Source of the DNA: an uncultured delta proteobacterium
Lineage (GTDB): Bacteria > Myxococcota_A > Polyangia > Polyangiales > Polyangiaceae
Direction: 5' to 3'
Assembly: GCA_963716725.1 (NCBI GenBank)
Contig: CAVQUB010000004.1
Coordinates: forward strand, 110,277-174,276
Length of the DNA stretch: 64,000 nt
Both the position numbers and the translations under genes were made by a program. Below, one piece after another: positions 48,526 through 57,813 of the stretch (its first letter is position 1; each line of letters starts with the position of its first letter). The notes under the pieces were generated by a model. That model was not told the origin of the DNA. It was given only the letters and a program-made list of their open reading frames with translations, and ran no database searches.

Positions 48526-49992
48526 CTCATGATCAAACACATCTCATTGCGAGCGGACGGCGCGTGTGATCTACGGGAGAAATGCCGGCAACAGAATGGT
48601 TAGGGCGGTCGATTTCGGACGAGTTCGAGGGCTCTCAGCTCGGCGATAAGCGGCGCAGTGACAGGCTCGGTTGGCTCGCTGAGAAACTGATGGCGGCGCC
48701 CGGTGTTGGGTTTCCGCAGGCTGTCGACACTCCGTCCGAGCTTGAGGGAGTCTACCGATTCCTGCGCAACGAGCAGTTCGACGCGGAGCAGATCCTCGAC
48801 CCGCACCTGTCGGCGACGGTGGAGCGTGTGAGTTCCGCTGGCCTGTGTATCGTCGCGCACGATACGACCGAAGTATCGCTCGGCGGCGCCAGTCGGCGAG
48901 CTGGGTTGGGCGTCACGTCCGGCGGCAGCCAGGGGTTTCTCGCACACGTGGCGCTGGCCGTGCTTCCCGGCGAGGAGCGAGTGCCACTCGGAGTTCTGGG
49001 TCTACAGCGACACGTCCGCCTCGTACACAAGGGTGGACGCGGGCGCCGCCGGTCTGTCAGTCGGAGAGACCCCGAGCGCGAATCACTGCGCTGGCCGGCC
49101 ATGCTCGAGGCCGTCCATGCACGCTGCCCCGGCAGCGCGCTCATTCACGTGATGGACCGCGAAGCGGACATTTTCGAGGTCCTGGCGAAGGCGCAGGAAC
49201 TCGGTGCGCGCTACGTCATCCGTTCGGCTCACGACCGAGTAACTGAGGAAATAGGCATCTGCTTGCGCAGTGCAATCTCAACGCTCGAACCGCAGTTTTT
49301 TCGCACGATCTCGGTGTCATCGAGGAAACCGAGCAGTCGCGCGCATGCTGCAAAAGAGCACCCGTCTCGCAACGCCCGGAGCGCGGAGGTCGCCGTGGCA
49401 GGCAAACGTTTGACTGTGCTGCGCCCCCGCAACACTCGACATGAGACGCGCAGCATCGAACTCAACGTGGTTCGAGTCTGGGAACTCCAACCACCAGAAG
49501 GCGAGCCGTCGGTCGAGTGGGTGCTGCTCACTACCGAACCCATTGACACCGTCGCCGAACTCGCGACCGTCGTGGACTGTTACCGCAGTCGGTGGGTGAT
49601 CGAAGAGTTCTTCAAGGCACTCAAGCAAGGGTGTTCTCTCGAGAAACGACAGCTCGAGTCGTATCAGGCACTGAGCAACGCGCTCGCCGTGTTCCTGCCC
49701 ATCGCCTGGCGCCTGTTGCTCATGCGCTCGTTAGCCCGCGTCGCACCCGAGCAACCGGCAACAACGATCCTGAGTGAGCCCCAGTTGCTCCTCATAAAGT
49801 TCAAGCTCCGCCTCCCGGCCGTCCCGCAGACCATTGAGCAAGCGCTATTCGCTGTCGCGCGACTCGGCGGGCATCTGAAGAACAACGGCGCACCCGGGTG
49901 GCAAACGTTAGGACGGGGCTACCAGAAGCTCCTCGACTACGAGATCGGCTTCCGAGCTGCCCGGTCCCAGATGGGATCCGATCAATCATGAG
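48526..49992 (+). mobile_element. Complete IS4-family element, 1467 bp, 8-bp TSD CCCTTCGG
   Basis: Ends CTCATGAT...ATCATGAG; CCCTTCGG at 48518-48525 and 49993-50000. Confidence 0.95.
48582..49991 (+). CDS. IS4-family transposase (IS50/Tn5-like)
   Basis: LGDKRR, YRFLRN, HDTT, MDREAD, YRSRWVIEEFFKALK. Confidence 0.95.
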   Translation: MPATEWLGRSISDEFEGSQLGDKRRSDRLGWLAEKLMAAPGVGFPQAVDTPSELEGVYRFLRNEQFDAEQILDPHLSATVERVSSAGLCIVAHDTTEVSLGGASRRAGLGVTSGGSQGFLAHVALAVLPGEERVPLGVLGLQRHVRLVHKGGRGRRRSVSRRDPERESLRWPAMLEAVHARCPGSALIHVMDREADIFEVLAKAQELGARYVIRSAHDRVTEEIGICLRSAISTLEPQFFRTISVSSRKPSSRAHAAKEHPSRNARSAEVAVAGKRLTVLRPRNTRHETRSIELNVVRVWELQPPEGEPSVEWVLLTTEPIDTVAELATVVDCYRSRWVIEEFFKALKQGCSLEKRQLESYQALSNALAVFLPIAWRLLLMRSLARVAPEQPATTILSEPQLLLIKFKLRLPAVPQTIEQALFAVARLGGHLKNNGAPGWQTLGRGYQKLLDYEIGFRAARSQMGSDQS

Positions 49993-51017
49993 CCCTTCGG
50001 GTGTCACGAAGCGCGTCCAAGGTCGGACGTGCTGCCGAGCGTGACGCCCTTGCCCGGCTGCCCGGCGACCATGCTCGAGCATGGTCCTTCCGCCGCGGCG
50101 CCCGCCGCGTGCACGGAGCCCGAGCCCGCGCCGGCTCCGAAGCCCCGCGTGCAGCCGCTCTCCGCCTCCAGCTACCGGGTCGAATTCACCGCGAGCGCCG
50201 CGCTCCACGACAAGCTCGTGAAGGCCCAGAACCTCCTGGGCCACGCCATCCCCAGCGGGGATCTCGCCGCGCTGTTCGAGCGCGCCATCGAGGCGCTGCT
50301 CGAGGCCGAGACGAAGCGCCGCTTCGGCGCGGGCAAGCCGCGTAAGCGGCGCGCGCTCGAGCCAGGCTCACGGCACATCCCCGTGGAGGTCGCTCGCGTC
50401 GTCTGGGAGCGGGACGGCGGGCAGTGCACTTACCTCGACGACGAGGGGCGGCGCTGCTCGGAGCAGCGCTTCGTCACCCTCGAGCACATCGAGCCGCACG
50501 CGCTCGGCGGTCCGGCCACCGTGGAGAACCTCTGTCTCCTTTGTTCATCGCACAATGCCCTGCGCGCACGACAGGTCTTCGGCGAAGATCAGATCCGGAA
50601 GAAGATCGCTGAAGCGACCGAGAAGAAGCAAGGTCCGGACACGCCGAGGGACGACCCTTGGAAGTCCCTGGCGAGGGGCGACCCTTGGACGACCCTGGGA
50701 AGTGCCCGGAGGGGCAAGTCCCAGAAGTGGGACGAGAGCTCAGAGAAGATCCAGGCCGCGCTGGTACGACTCGGCTTTCGCACGGCGAAGGCTCGCCGCG
50801 CGGTCGAGCAAGCGCGCGCTCGAGGCGTCGAGCCCGGGCTCGAGCCGCTCCTCAGGGCGGCGCTCGCCGAGCTCACCCCCACCGTGTCGCCTGCGCGCTG
50901 CTGAGGGAGCGCGGGTGTCCCCGGAGCCCCTGGTGCAGGCGAAGACCCGACTCGCCGGCGCGGCCTCCCCGACATCGGGCCGTAACAGAAAGGTGCCGGC
51001 GCCAAGAGCGTTACCCG

Positions 51018-51480
51018 CAGACCGTGGTGCGCGTCAAGACGGTGGTCACCGACGAGGCGGGGCGTGTCCTCAGGGCTGAAGACCGCTACCTGATCTCGAG
51101 CCTGCGCAAAGATGCCCTCACCGCGACGCAATGGCAGACGCTCGTGCGCTTGCGCTGGGGCGTGGAAACCAACCACCAGATCCTCGACCACGCCTTAGAT
51201 CATCGACCACGCCTTCGAAGAGGACGACCCTTGGGAGTCCCTGGCGAGGGGCGATCACCCCTGGATCGAGCAGAACCCACGCGGCATGCTCGTCGTCGCG
51301 ATCCTGCGCCGCATCGTCTACACGCTGCTCGCGCTCTTCCGCGGCGTTGCGCAGCGCTCCGACGAGCGGCGCGGCGTCCCTTGGAAGCGCCTGCTCGAAG
51401 AGGTGTACCTCGCGCTGCTCCGCGTCACGGACGAGCTGCTCCGCAGTTTGCGCTTCCGCTCGTTGCCACTCCTGTCGTGA
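51018..51480 (+). pseudogene. ISAs1-family transposase C-terminal remnant
   Basis: RYLISSL, R.RWGVE..HQILD..FEED; broken by a 19-bp tandem duplication (51178-51215); carries an E1 insert. Confidence 0.75.
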
Positions 51481-51850
51481 GCGGAAGGCCCTGATCCAAC
51501 GAGGGCTGACGCCCGCGACCTTCCTCACCCACCGGCGCCGACGCCGAACGCAGCAAAGACCGTGCGCCAGCGCGGTCGGCGCTGCGCTTGGGTCGAACGC
51601 CGGCCGCTCCCCCGGCGGCAGCGCACGGACCTCGCAGGCCCGCAGCATGCCGCTGGTCGTCGGGATCACCGATCAAGAGTGCGGCCGAGCGGGCAGCTCG
51701 ACCCGTCCGCGCCGCTCGCGCTACGCTGGAACCCCGAACATGAGCGATCCGGTCCCAGTCGACGAGCGCCGAGACGCGTTGGGCGTTGGTCCGCATGGCC
51801 CCGGCCTAGGTTCGAAGCGGTACCGCCGCTTGCACTCCGCTGAGTAACTC

Positions 51851-53242
51851 ATGAGCGATCTCGATCCATTTCGCGGCACTCCTTATCGCGTCACGCGGCA
51901 ACTCGGGGCCGGCGGGATGGGGGAGGTGTACGAGGTGGAACACGAGATCGTGGGTCGCATCATGGTCGCCAAGGTGCTGCGCCTCGAGCTCGCCCAAGAC
52001 GCGGGCACGGCTGATCGCATGCGCGTCGAGGCGCAGGCGCTGGCGGCGCTCTCCCACCCCAACATCGTGAACGTGACGGATCTCTCGCGCACCGCCGACG
52101 GGCGTCCGTTCTATGTGATGGAGCGACTCGAGGGCTGCACCCTGGGCGAGGATTTTCGGCGACGGCGGCAGTATTCGGTCGAAGAGGCCATCGACGTGAC
52201 GCGTCAGATCCTCGCCGGCCTCGAGGCTGCGCACCAGCTTGGCTTGGTCCATCGCGACATCAAGATGGACAACGTCTTTCTGCAACGAGCGACCACGGGC
52301 GAGCGCGTGGTCAAGTTGCTCGACTTCGGTGTTGCGAAGGTGCTCGCGGATCGCAGCGCGCGTGCACCCGCGCCGCCTTCGCTGCCCACCGCCGACGGTG
52401 CGGTCGTCGGCACCCCGCGCTATCTGAGCCCCGAGCAGGTGCTGGGCCGGGGAGTCGATCATCGCGCTGACATCTACGCGACGGGCCTGGTGCTCTACGC
52501 GCTGGTGTGTGGGCGCGGCCCCTTCGAACACGTCGAGGGCCAAGCGGGCTTCTTGCGGGCGCACCTCGAGGACGAGCCGGCCGCTCCGTCGGACGTTGCC
52601 GGGCAGCCGCTGCCGCATGAGCTCGACGCCGCGATCTTGCGGGCCATTCGCAAGAGTCCGGCGGATCGTTTCCAGTCCGCAGCGGACTTCGCCGCGGCCC
52701 TCGCGTCCATCGCGAGCCGACGCGCGCGGCCCATCGGTTGGCTCGAGACCACGCCCAGCGAGCCGCCGCGCCCGATCGATTCGTCTTCGATTCGGGAGTC
52801 TGCGAACGCCGCGATGGGCGTCGAGCGGGTCGGTCACGAGCGGGTCGGTCACGAGCGGGTCGGTCACGAGGTGCACGTCGCGCGGGTCGGTCACGAGGTG
52901 GCCCGCAACCGCAATCCGGCTTCGGCGCTCACGGGCGCTGCCTCGAGCGATTCGGTCCCGACGCGGACCGCATTGGTTCCCGCGTCGGTTGCCGCGTCGG
53001 TTGCCGCATTGGTTCCCGCGCCGGTTCCCGCGCCGGCGGTCCGGACGCCGAGCCGGGATGGCGCGTCGCCTGCGGGCGCGGCCCGGGCCTACGTGGCGGC
53101 GGCGGTGACGGCGGTCGCGGTGGCCCTCGGTGGATTGGTGCTGAGCGGGGGCCGGTCTTGGCTTTGGCTGGGAGTCGTGTTCGTGGCGGCCATCGCTGTA
53201 TCCACCCTGCTGGCGAGAATCGTGGCGTCCCGACAGCGGTGA
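51851..53242 (+). CDS. Ser/Thr protein kinase with two C-terminal TM segments
   Basis: GAGGMGEV, HRDIKMDN, DFG, GTPRYLSPE. Confidence 0.93.
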   Translation: MSDLDPFRGTPYRVTRQLGAGGMGEVYEVEHEIVGRIMVAKVLRLELAQDAGTADRMRVEAQALAALSHPNIVNVTDLSRTADGRPFYVMERLEGCTLGEDFRRRRQYSVEEAIDVTRQILAGLEAAHQLGLVHRDIKMDNVFLQRATTGERVVKLLDFGVAKVLADRSARAPAPPSLPTADGAVVGTPRYLSPEQVLGRGVDHRADIYATGLVLYALVCGRGPFEHVEGQAGFLRAHLEDEPAAPSDVAGQPLPHELDAAILRAIRKSPADRFQSAADFAAALASIASRRARPIGWLETTPSEPPRPIDSSSIRESANAAMGVERVGHERVGHERVGHEVHVARVGHEVARNRNPASALTGAASSDSVPTRTALVPASVAASVAALVPAPVPAPAVRTPSRDGASPAGAARAYVAAAVTAVAVALGGLVLSGGRSWLWLGVVFVAAIAVSTLLARIVASRQR

Positions 53243-53288
53243 TTGTCCCGGGTCGCGTCGCGAGTATTCTCCTCACCGGAAGCATCGA

Positions 53289-55775
53289 GTGATGGGGAGT
53301 GTGCGGCAGGCTGAAGGCGAGGGACCTCGCGATCCCTTTGCGGTCGGGCAGATCGTCGACGGCCGCTATCGCATCAGCCGCAGGCTGGCCGCGGGCGGCG
53401 TCGGCGTCGTGTACGAAGCCGAGCACTCTTTCACGCGGATGAGGGTCGCGCTCAAGGCCCTGCACAACCGAGCCGGCGATCACCCGGAGCGCATGCAGGC
53501 CGAGGCGCGGACGCTCGCGGAGATGCGTCACCCGAACATCGTGCAGGTGACGGACGGTGGCGTCAGCGACGGCGTGGTCTGGTTCACCATGGAGCTGCTG
53601 CAGGGATCTGCGCTGCGGGAGCTGCTGCACCGCGAGCGAGCGCTCGACCTGCAGCGCGCGCTCTGGTTTGCGCGACAGATCGCCGAGGGCGTGGCGTCAG
53701 CCCATGACCAGGACGTGGTGCACCGCGACCTCAAGCCCGAGAACGTATTCGTCCTGCGCGACGACAGCATCAAGGTCTTGGATTTCGGAACCAGCAAGAT
53801 CACCAACAAGCTCGGTCGATCCGCCGCGCTGAAGACCACGGATCGCTTCCGCCTGATCGGCACCCAAGCGTACATGCCCCCAGAGCGGCTCAAGGCCGAG
53901 CGAGCCGACGCTCGCGCCGACGTGTATGCGCTCGGTCACATCATGTACGAGATGATCGCGGGCCGTCACTGCTGGAGCGACGGTCCAGGTCCGCTCGACC
54001 TGCCCGAGGCCATCGAGCTTGGCATGCGGCAAATCTACGCGCCGCCCGCGCCGCTCGTGGACCAGGTGCCCGGCCTGCCCATCGAGATCGATCGCATGGT
54101 GCAGCGCGCCCTGGCCAAGGATCCGCGGCAGCGCCAGCAGACCATGCGCGAGCTCAGCGTCGAGATCGAGGGCGCCCTCGCGCGCTGTCGTGCGGCACCT
54201 CCGATCGCTCGCCCGGCCTTCGGCCCCAGGGGCGCAGCCTCGGTGGCCACTGACACCGAAGAGACGATGGTGCCGTTCAGCTCGCCGGTCTCGGCGCTGC
54301 AACCGGTCTCGGCGCTGCAACCGGTCTCGGCGCTGCAACCGGTCTCGGCGCTGCAACCGGTCTCGGCGCTGCAACCGGTCTCGGCGCTGCAACCGGTCTC
54401 GGCGCTGCAACCGGTCTCGGCGCTGCAACCGGTCTCGGCGCTGCAGCCGGTCTCATCGAAGCCCGTCGCAGGCATCGACGCGGCGCTGCTGTGTGGCGCC
54501 CTACGATTCGTGAGCGCATCGCCCGAGGCGACGGCGGTCGAACTGGGGTTCATCGCGGTGGCCCAGGCGGACAGTGATCCGACGCTCTGCAGGGAGATCA
54601 CGCGGGCCTGCGCCCAGGGCGATGACCGATCGCGAGGGCCGCTGCGCACCGCGCTCGCGCGCATCGGAGCCGAGCCGCCGGAGGCGCGAGCCCGTCTGAT
54701 CGATCGGCTGCGCGCGTCGGTGTCGAGGGCTGCGCCCTCGGCGAGCCGGGCGAACCAGCCCCGCAGGTCCCGGGCGGAGCTCGCGCTCGGGGCGGCGCTG
54801 CTGCTCGATCCGAGCGCCCGATCGGACGCCGCCGAGTCGGCGCTCAACCGGCTGGGCATTGCGGATCCCGACGTCCAGGCCTTGGCGCTCTCGATCATGA
54901 TCGCGTTCGCGCGCACGCCGCTACCGATGCACCCGGCTCCGCGCGGCGCGCTGCTCGCGCTGTTGCTCGGGGGCGCTGAGGACTCCGAGCTCGCGCGGGC
55001 CGAGCTCGCGACCTTCGTGCTCGACGCGGCGTCGCTCCAAGATCACCTGCCCGCGTCTGCCGCGCCTGCCGCGCCTGCCGCGCCTGCGCAATGGTCGGGT
55101 GAGCAAGCGCGATCCTCGGCCGCACCCGCGCGATCCTCATTTCTGCCGGGCCTGGTCGCGCCTGTCGTGCCCGTCACGGTCGAGCGTGCCCCGGCGCGAC
55201 GGGCCGCGCTGCCGGTGCCCGCGCATGCTGTCGCGGCAGCCTCCACACCCTCGGGTGTTGCGAGTCCGCGACCGTCGAGTTCGCAAGCGCCCGCCACAGC
55301 ACCCGCGGCACTTGCTGCTGCTCCTGCTCCTGCTCCTGCTCCTGCCCCGGTGCGGCTCGGTTGGGTGGTGGCCATCGCCGCGATTTCGGCGGGGGCGGTG
55401 TTGGCCACGGGCGCTCTCGTGCGATCGCGAAGTGGGAGCGGTGACGCGAACGCGCCCGAGATCGGGCCGACGGCGCCGCCTGAGAACAAGGCCGCGCCCA
55501 CGAACGCGACCACGACCCCAGCCACGAACGCGAACACGACCCCGACCGCGACCCCGACCCCGACCCCAGCCGCGACCACGACCTCAACCGGGACCGGGAT
55601 TGCGACGGCGACCCCGATCCGGGCCACGGGCCAACCCCCGTCCACAGCGGCCGGCCCGCCGTCCGCGACCGCGAAGCCCGCAGGTGGTCCGCCGTCGACC
55701 GCGAAGCCCGGGCCCGCGACACCGCCGCACCCCACGCCTCCAGCTCCCCACAAACTCCCTGGATCTGGTCTCTGA
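53289..55775 (+). CDS. Membrane Ser/Thr protein kinase with helical insert; ends LPGSGL
   Basis: VALK, HRDLKPEN, DFG, GTQAYMPPE; TM; Thr/Pro-rich tail. Confidence 0.93.
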   Translation: MMGSVRQAEGEGPRDPFAVGQIVDGRYRISRRLAAGGVGVVYEAEHSFTRMRVALKALHNRAGDHPERMQAEARTLAEMRHPNIVQVTDGGVSDGVVWFTMELLQGSALRELLHRERALDLQRALWFARQIAEGVASAHDQDVVHRDLKPENVFVLRDDSIKVLDFGTSKITNKLGRSAALKTTDRFRLIGTQAYMPPERLKAERADARADVYALGHIMYEMIAGRHCWSDGPGPLDLPEAIELGMRQIYAPPAPLVDQVPGLPIEIDRMVQRALAKDPRQRQQTMRELSVEIEGALARCRAAPPIARPAFGPRGAASVATDTEETMVPFSSPVSALQPVSALQPVSALQPVSALQPVSALQPVSALQPVSALQPVSALQPVSALQPVSSKPVAGIDAALLCGALRFVSASPEATAVELGFIAVAQADSDPTLCREITRACAQGDDRSRGPLRTALARIGAEPPEARARLIDRLRASVSRAAPSASRANQPRRSRAELALGAALLLDPSARSDAAESALNRLGIADPDVQALALSIMIAFARTPLPMHPAPRGALLALLLGGAEDSELARAELATFVLDAASLQDHLPASAAPAAPAAPAQWSGEQARSSAAPARSSFLPGLVAPVVPVTVERAPARRAALPVPAHAVAAASTPSGVASPRPSSSQAPATAPAALAAAPAPAPAPAPVRLGWVVAIAAISAGAVLATGALVRSRSGSGDANAPEIGPTAPPENKAAPTNATTTPATNANTTPTATPTPTPAATTTSTGTGIATATPIRATGQPPSTAAGPPSATAKPAGGPPSTAKPGPATPPHPTPPAPHKLPGSGL
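54285..54446 (+). repeat. 9 x 18-bp coding repeat (PVSALQ)
   Basis: CCGGTCTCGGCGCTGCAA counted directly. Confidence 0.95.
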
Positions 55776-55942
55776 GCCATGGCGCCGAGAGATTTCCAGC
55801 AACTCGCCGCGCGGTCGGCCGATGGGGAGGCCCGATGCCGCACATCGGAGGCGATTGGGCGTTCGCCCCAGGACTTGGCCGAATGCTCCATGGACGGTAC
55901 GGATCGCCGGCCGTGCGGGTCATGGTGCGTTCCGGAGCGATC

Positions 55943-56749
55943 ATGAGCGCGGACTCGAGAGAGCCCGGGCCGTCCGCCGACGCGTGCCTCGATCCGCTGC
56001 CAGCGTCCGAGCGGAGGAACACGCTGCGCGGAGTCGGGGAGGGGGCCAGCGAGCCCGCGAGCCAGCCGCCAAGCGAGCCGGCGGACGGATCGCCGATCGA
56101 GCCGACGGATGGATCGCCAAGCGATCCGCCGGACGGATCGCCAATTGAGCCGACGGACGGATCGCCAGGCGAACCCGCGAGCGCATCGAGGAACGAAGCC
56201 GCGCCGTCCGAACCGCCCGAGCCGCCCGATTCATCCGGGGACAAGGCCAACCTCCCGCAAGAAGAGTTCACCGTTCCGCCCGAGCTCTGGCGACGCCCGC
56301 CCTCAGGCTGGTTCCGACAGTTCGCGCGCCCCACGCCGCCGATCAGCGAAGCGCCGGCTTCGGAAGTGACCGATGCCGATCGTGATCAGCCGCCGGAGGG
56401 CTCGAATCGCAGGTGGCTCATCGCGATGGTGGCCTTGAGTGTGATCGCAATCGTCGCGGGCTGGCGCTGGTACTCCTCGTCGCCATCGGAAGCGACGGTG
56501 GGCACGTTGCCCGAACTCGTCGAGCCGACCGCGCCGACACCCGCGACCTTGTCCCCGGCCGCGACCTTGTCCCCGGCCGCGACCGCGCCGACACCCGCGA
56601 CCTTGTCCCCGACCGCGACTGCGACGCCGACCGCAACTGCAACGACCACCGCCGCCACGGCGCCGAAGCCGACCTCTATCTCGCCGAGCGCGAGCGCTCT
56701 CCCTCCACCCTCACCTTCCGCGAGTCCCCCGCATGGTCCGATCTACTAG
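55943..56749 (+). CDS. Low-complexity bitopic membrane protein (start uncertain)
   Basis: Acidic/Pro N-terminus, TM WLIAMVALSVIAIVAGW, Thr/Pro tail. Confidence 0.65.
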   Translation: MSADSREPGPSADACLDPLPASERRNTLRGVGEGASEPASQPPSEPADGSPIEPTDGSPSDPPDGSPIEPTDGSPGEPASASRNEAAPSEPPEPPDSSGDKANLPQEEFTVPPELWRRPPSGWFRQFARPTPPISEAPASEVTDADRDQPPEGSNRRWLIAMVALSVIAIVAGWRWYSSSPSEATVGTLPELVEPTAPTPATLSPAATLSPAATAPTPATLSPTATATPTATATTTAATAPKPTSISPSASALPPPSPSASPPHGPIY

Positions 56750-56762
56750 GAGCCCCGTCGCG

Positions 56763-57800
56763 ATGATCGCGACGATGGCGATGGCCGTCGCCACGGCGCA
56801 GCTGCACTCGTCGCCGGCCTGGGCCCAGGGCGACACGCCCGCGCCCTCGAAGGTCGATCGCGCGGCGGACTTGTTCAAGAAGGCCAAGGGCCTGCACACG
56901 GCGGGCAAGCTCGCTGACGCGCTCCCGCTCTACCTCGAGGCGTGGAGCCTGCATCGCAGCCCGGATATCGCCGCGAACCTCGCCGCGTGCGAGATCGCCA
57001 TCGGCAACCACCGCGACGCCGCCGAGCACTTCGAGTTTGCGCTTCGAAATCTGCTCGCGGGCACGACCGCCGATCAGAAGACGCGCCTGACGCAGGGGCT
57101 CGAGAAGGCCAAGCGCGAGGTCGCCACGCTCCGGCTTCAGATCGCCCCGGAAGGCGCCGAGGTCAGCGTCGACGGTCGGGTGGTCGGCAAGGCTCCGATC
57201 GAAGCCGACGTGTTCGTCGAATCTGGACCGCGCGAGCTCCGCGTTGCGCTCGCGGGCCACGAGACTCACACGCAGAGGGTGACCACCACCCGCGGGGGGA
57301 CGCACGCGCTCGCGGTCACGCTCGAGGCGACGGCGACGGCGGTGACGCCTCCCGCGGCGGGCGCGGGGGTCGGGGCAGCCGCCGGTGGTCCCGTGGTGCC
57401 GCCGGTGGGGGACGGCGGCAAGGACGAGAAGCGGGCGAGCCCCATCCCCGCCTACGTGGCGATCGGGGTCGGCGTCGCGGGCCTGGGCGCGGGCATCGGG
57501 CTGTTGGTGATGGCGTCGGGCAAAGAGAGCGACAAGGACGATCGCCTCGCCGCGATCCCAGGCAAGAACAAGTGCGGGCCCGGGACCACCGCGCCCGATG
57601 CGTGCGCCGAGGTGACGTCCCTCGCGGACGACGCCAAGCAGCTTCGGACCTTCGGCTATGTTGGCTTCGGCGTCGCCGCGGCCGGCGGGGTGCTCGCTTA
57701 TTTGCTATGGCCTCGTTCGAGCAGCGCATCGAGCGGGGCCGTGGTCGTTCCCTCCGTCGGTCGGAGCGGTGCTTCACTCAATCTTCACGGACACTTCTGA
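56763..57800 (+). CDS. TPR + PEGA domain protein with aromatic C-terminus
   Basis: Signal ending AWA, TPR helices, PEGAEVSVDG..VGKAP, ends LNLHGHF. Confidence 0.9.
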   Translation: MIATMAMAVATAQLHSSPAWAQGDTPAPSKVDRAADLFKKAKGLHTAGKLADALPLYLEAWSLHRSPDIAANLAACEIAIGNHRDAAEHFEFALRNLLAGTTADQKTRLTQGLEKAKREVATLRLQIAPEGAEVSVDGRVVGKAPIEADVFVESGPRELRVALAGHETHTQRVTTTRGGTHALAVTLEATATAVTPPAAGAGVGAAAGGPVVPPVGDGGKDEKRASPIPAYVAIGVGVAGLGAGIGLLVMASGKESDKDDRLAAIPGKNKCGPGTTAPDACAEVTSLADDAKQLRTFGYVGFGVAAAGGVLAYLLWPRSSSASSGAVVVPSVGRSGASLNLHGHF

Positions 57801-57813
57801 AGGGGAATCAAAT

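Larger units (their letters stand above)
48122..50904 (+). pseudogene. HNH/RuvA-C-like endonuclease copy 2, interrupted by an IS4 element
   Basis: N-half 48122-48525 and C-half 50001-50904 rejoin in frame after removing the IS and one TSD; clear homology to 1225-2508. Confidence 0.92.

Noticed and set aside
51178..51215. Transposon excision footprint (13-bp direct repeat)
   Set aside because: Better explained as a 19-bp tandem duplication with one mismatch
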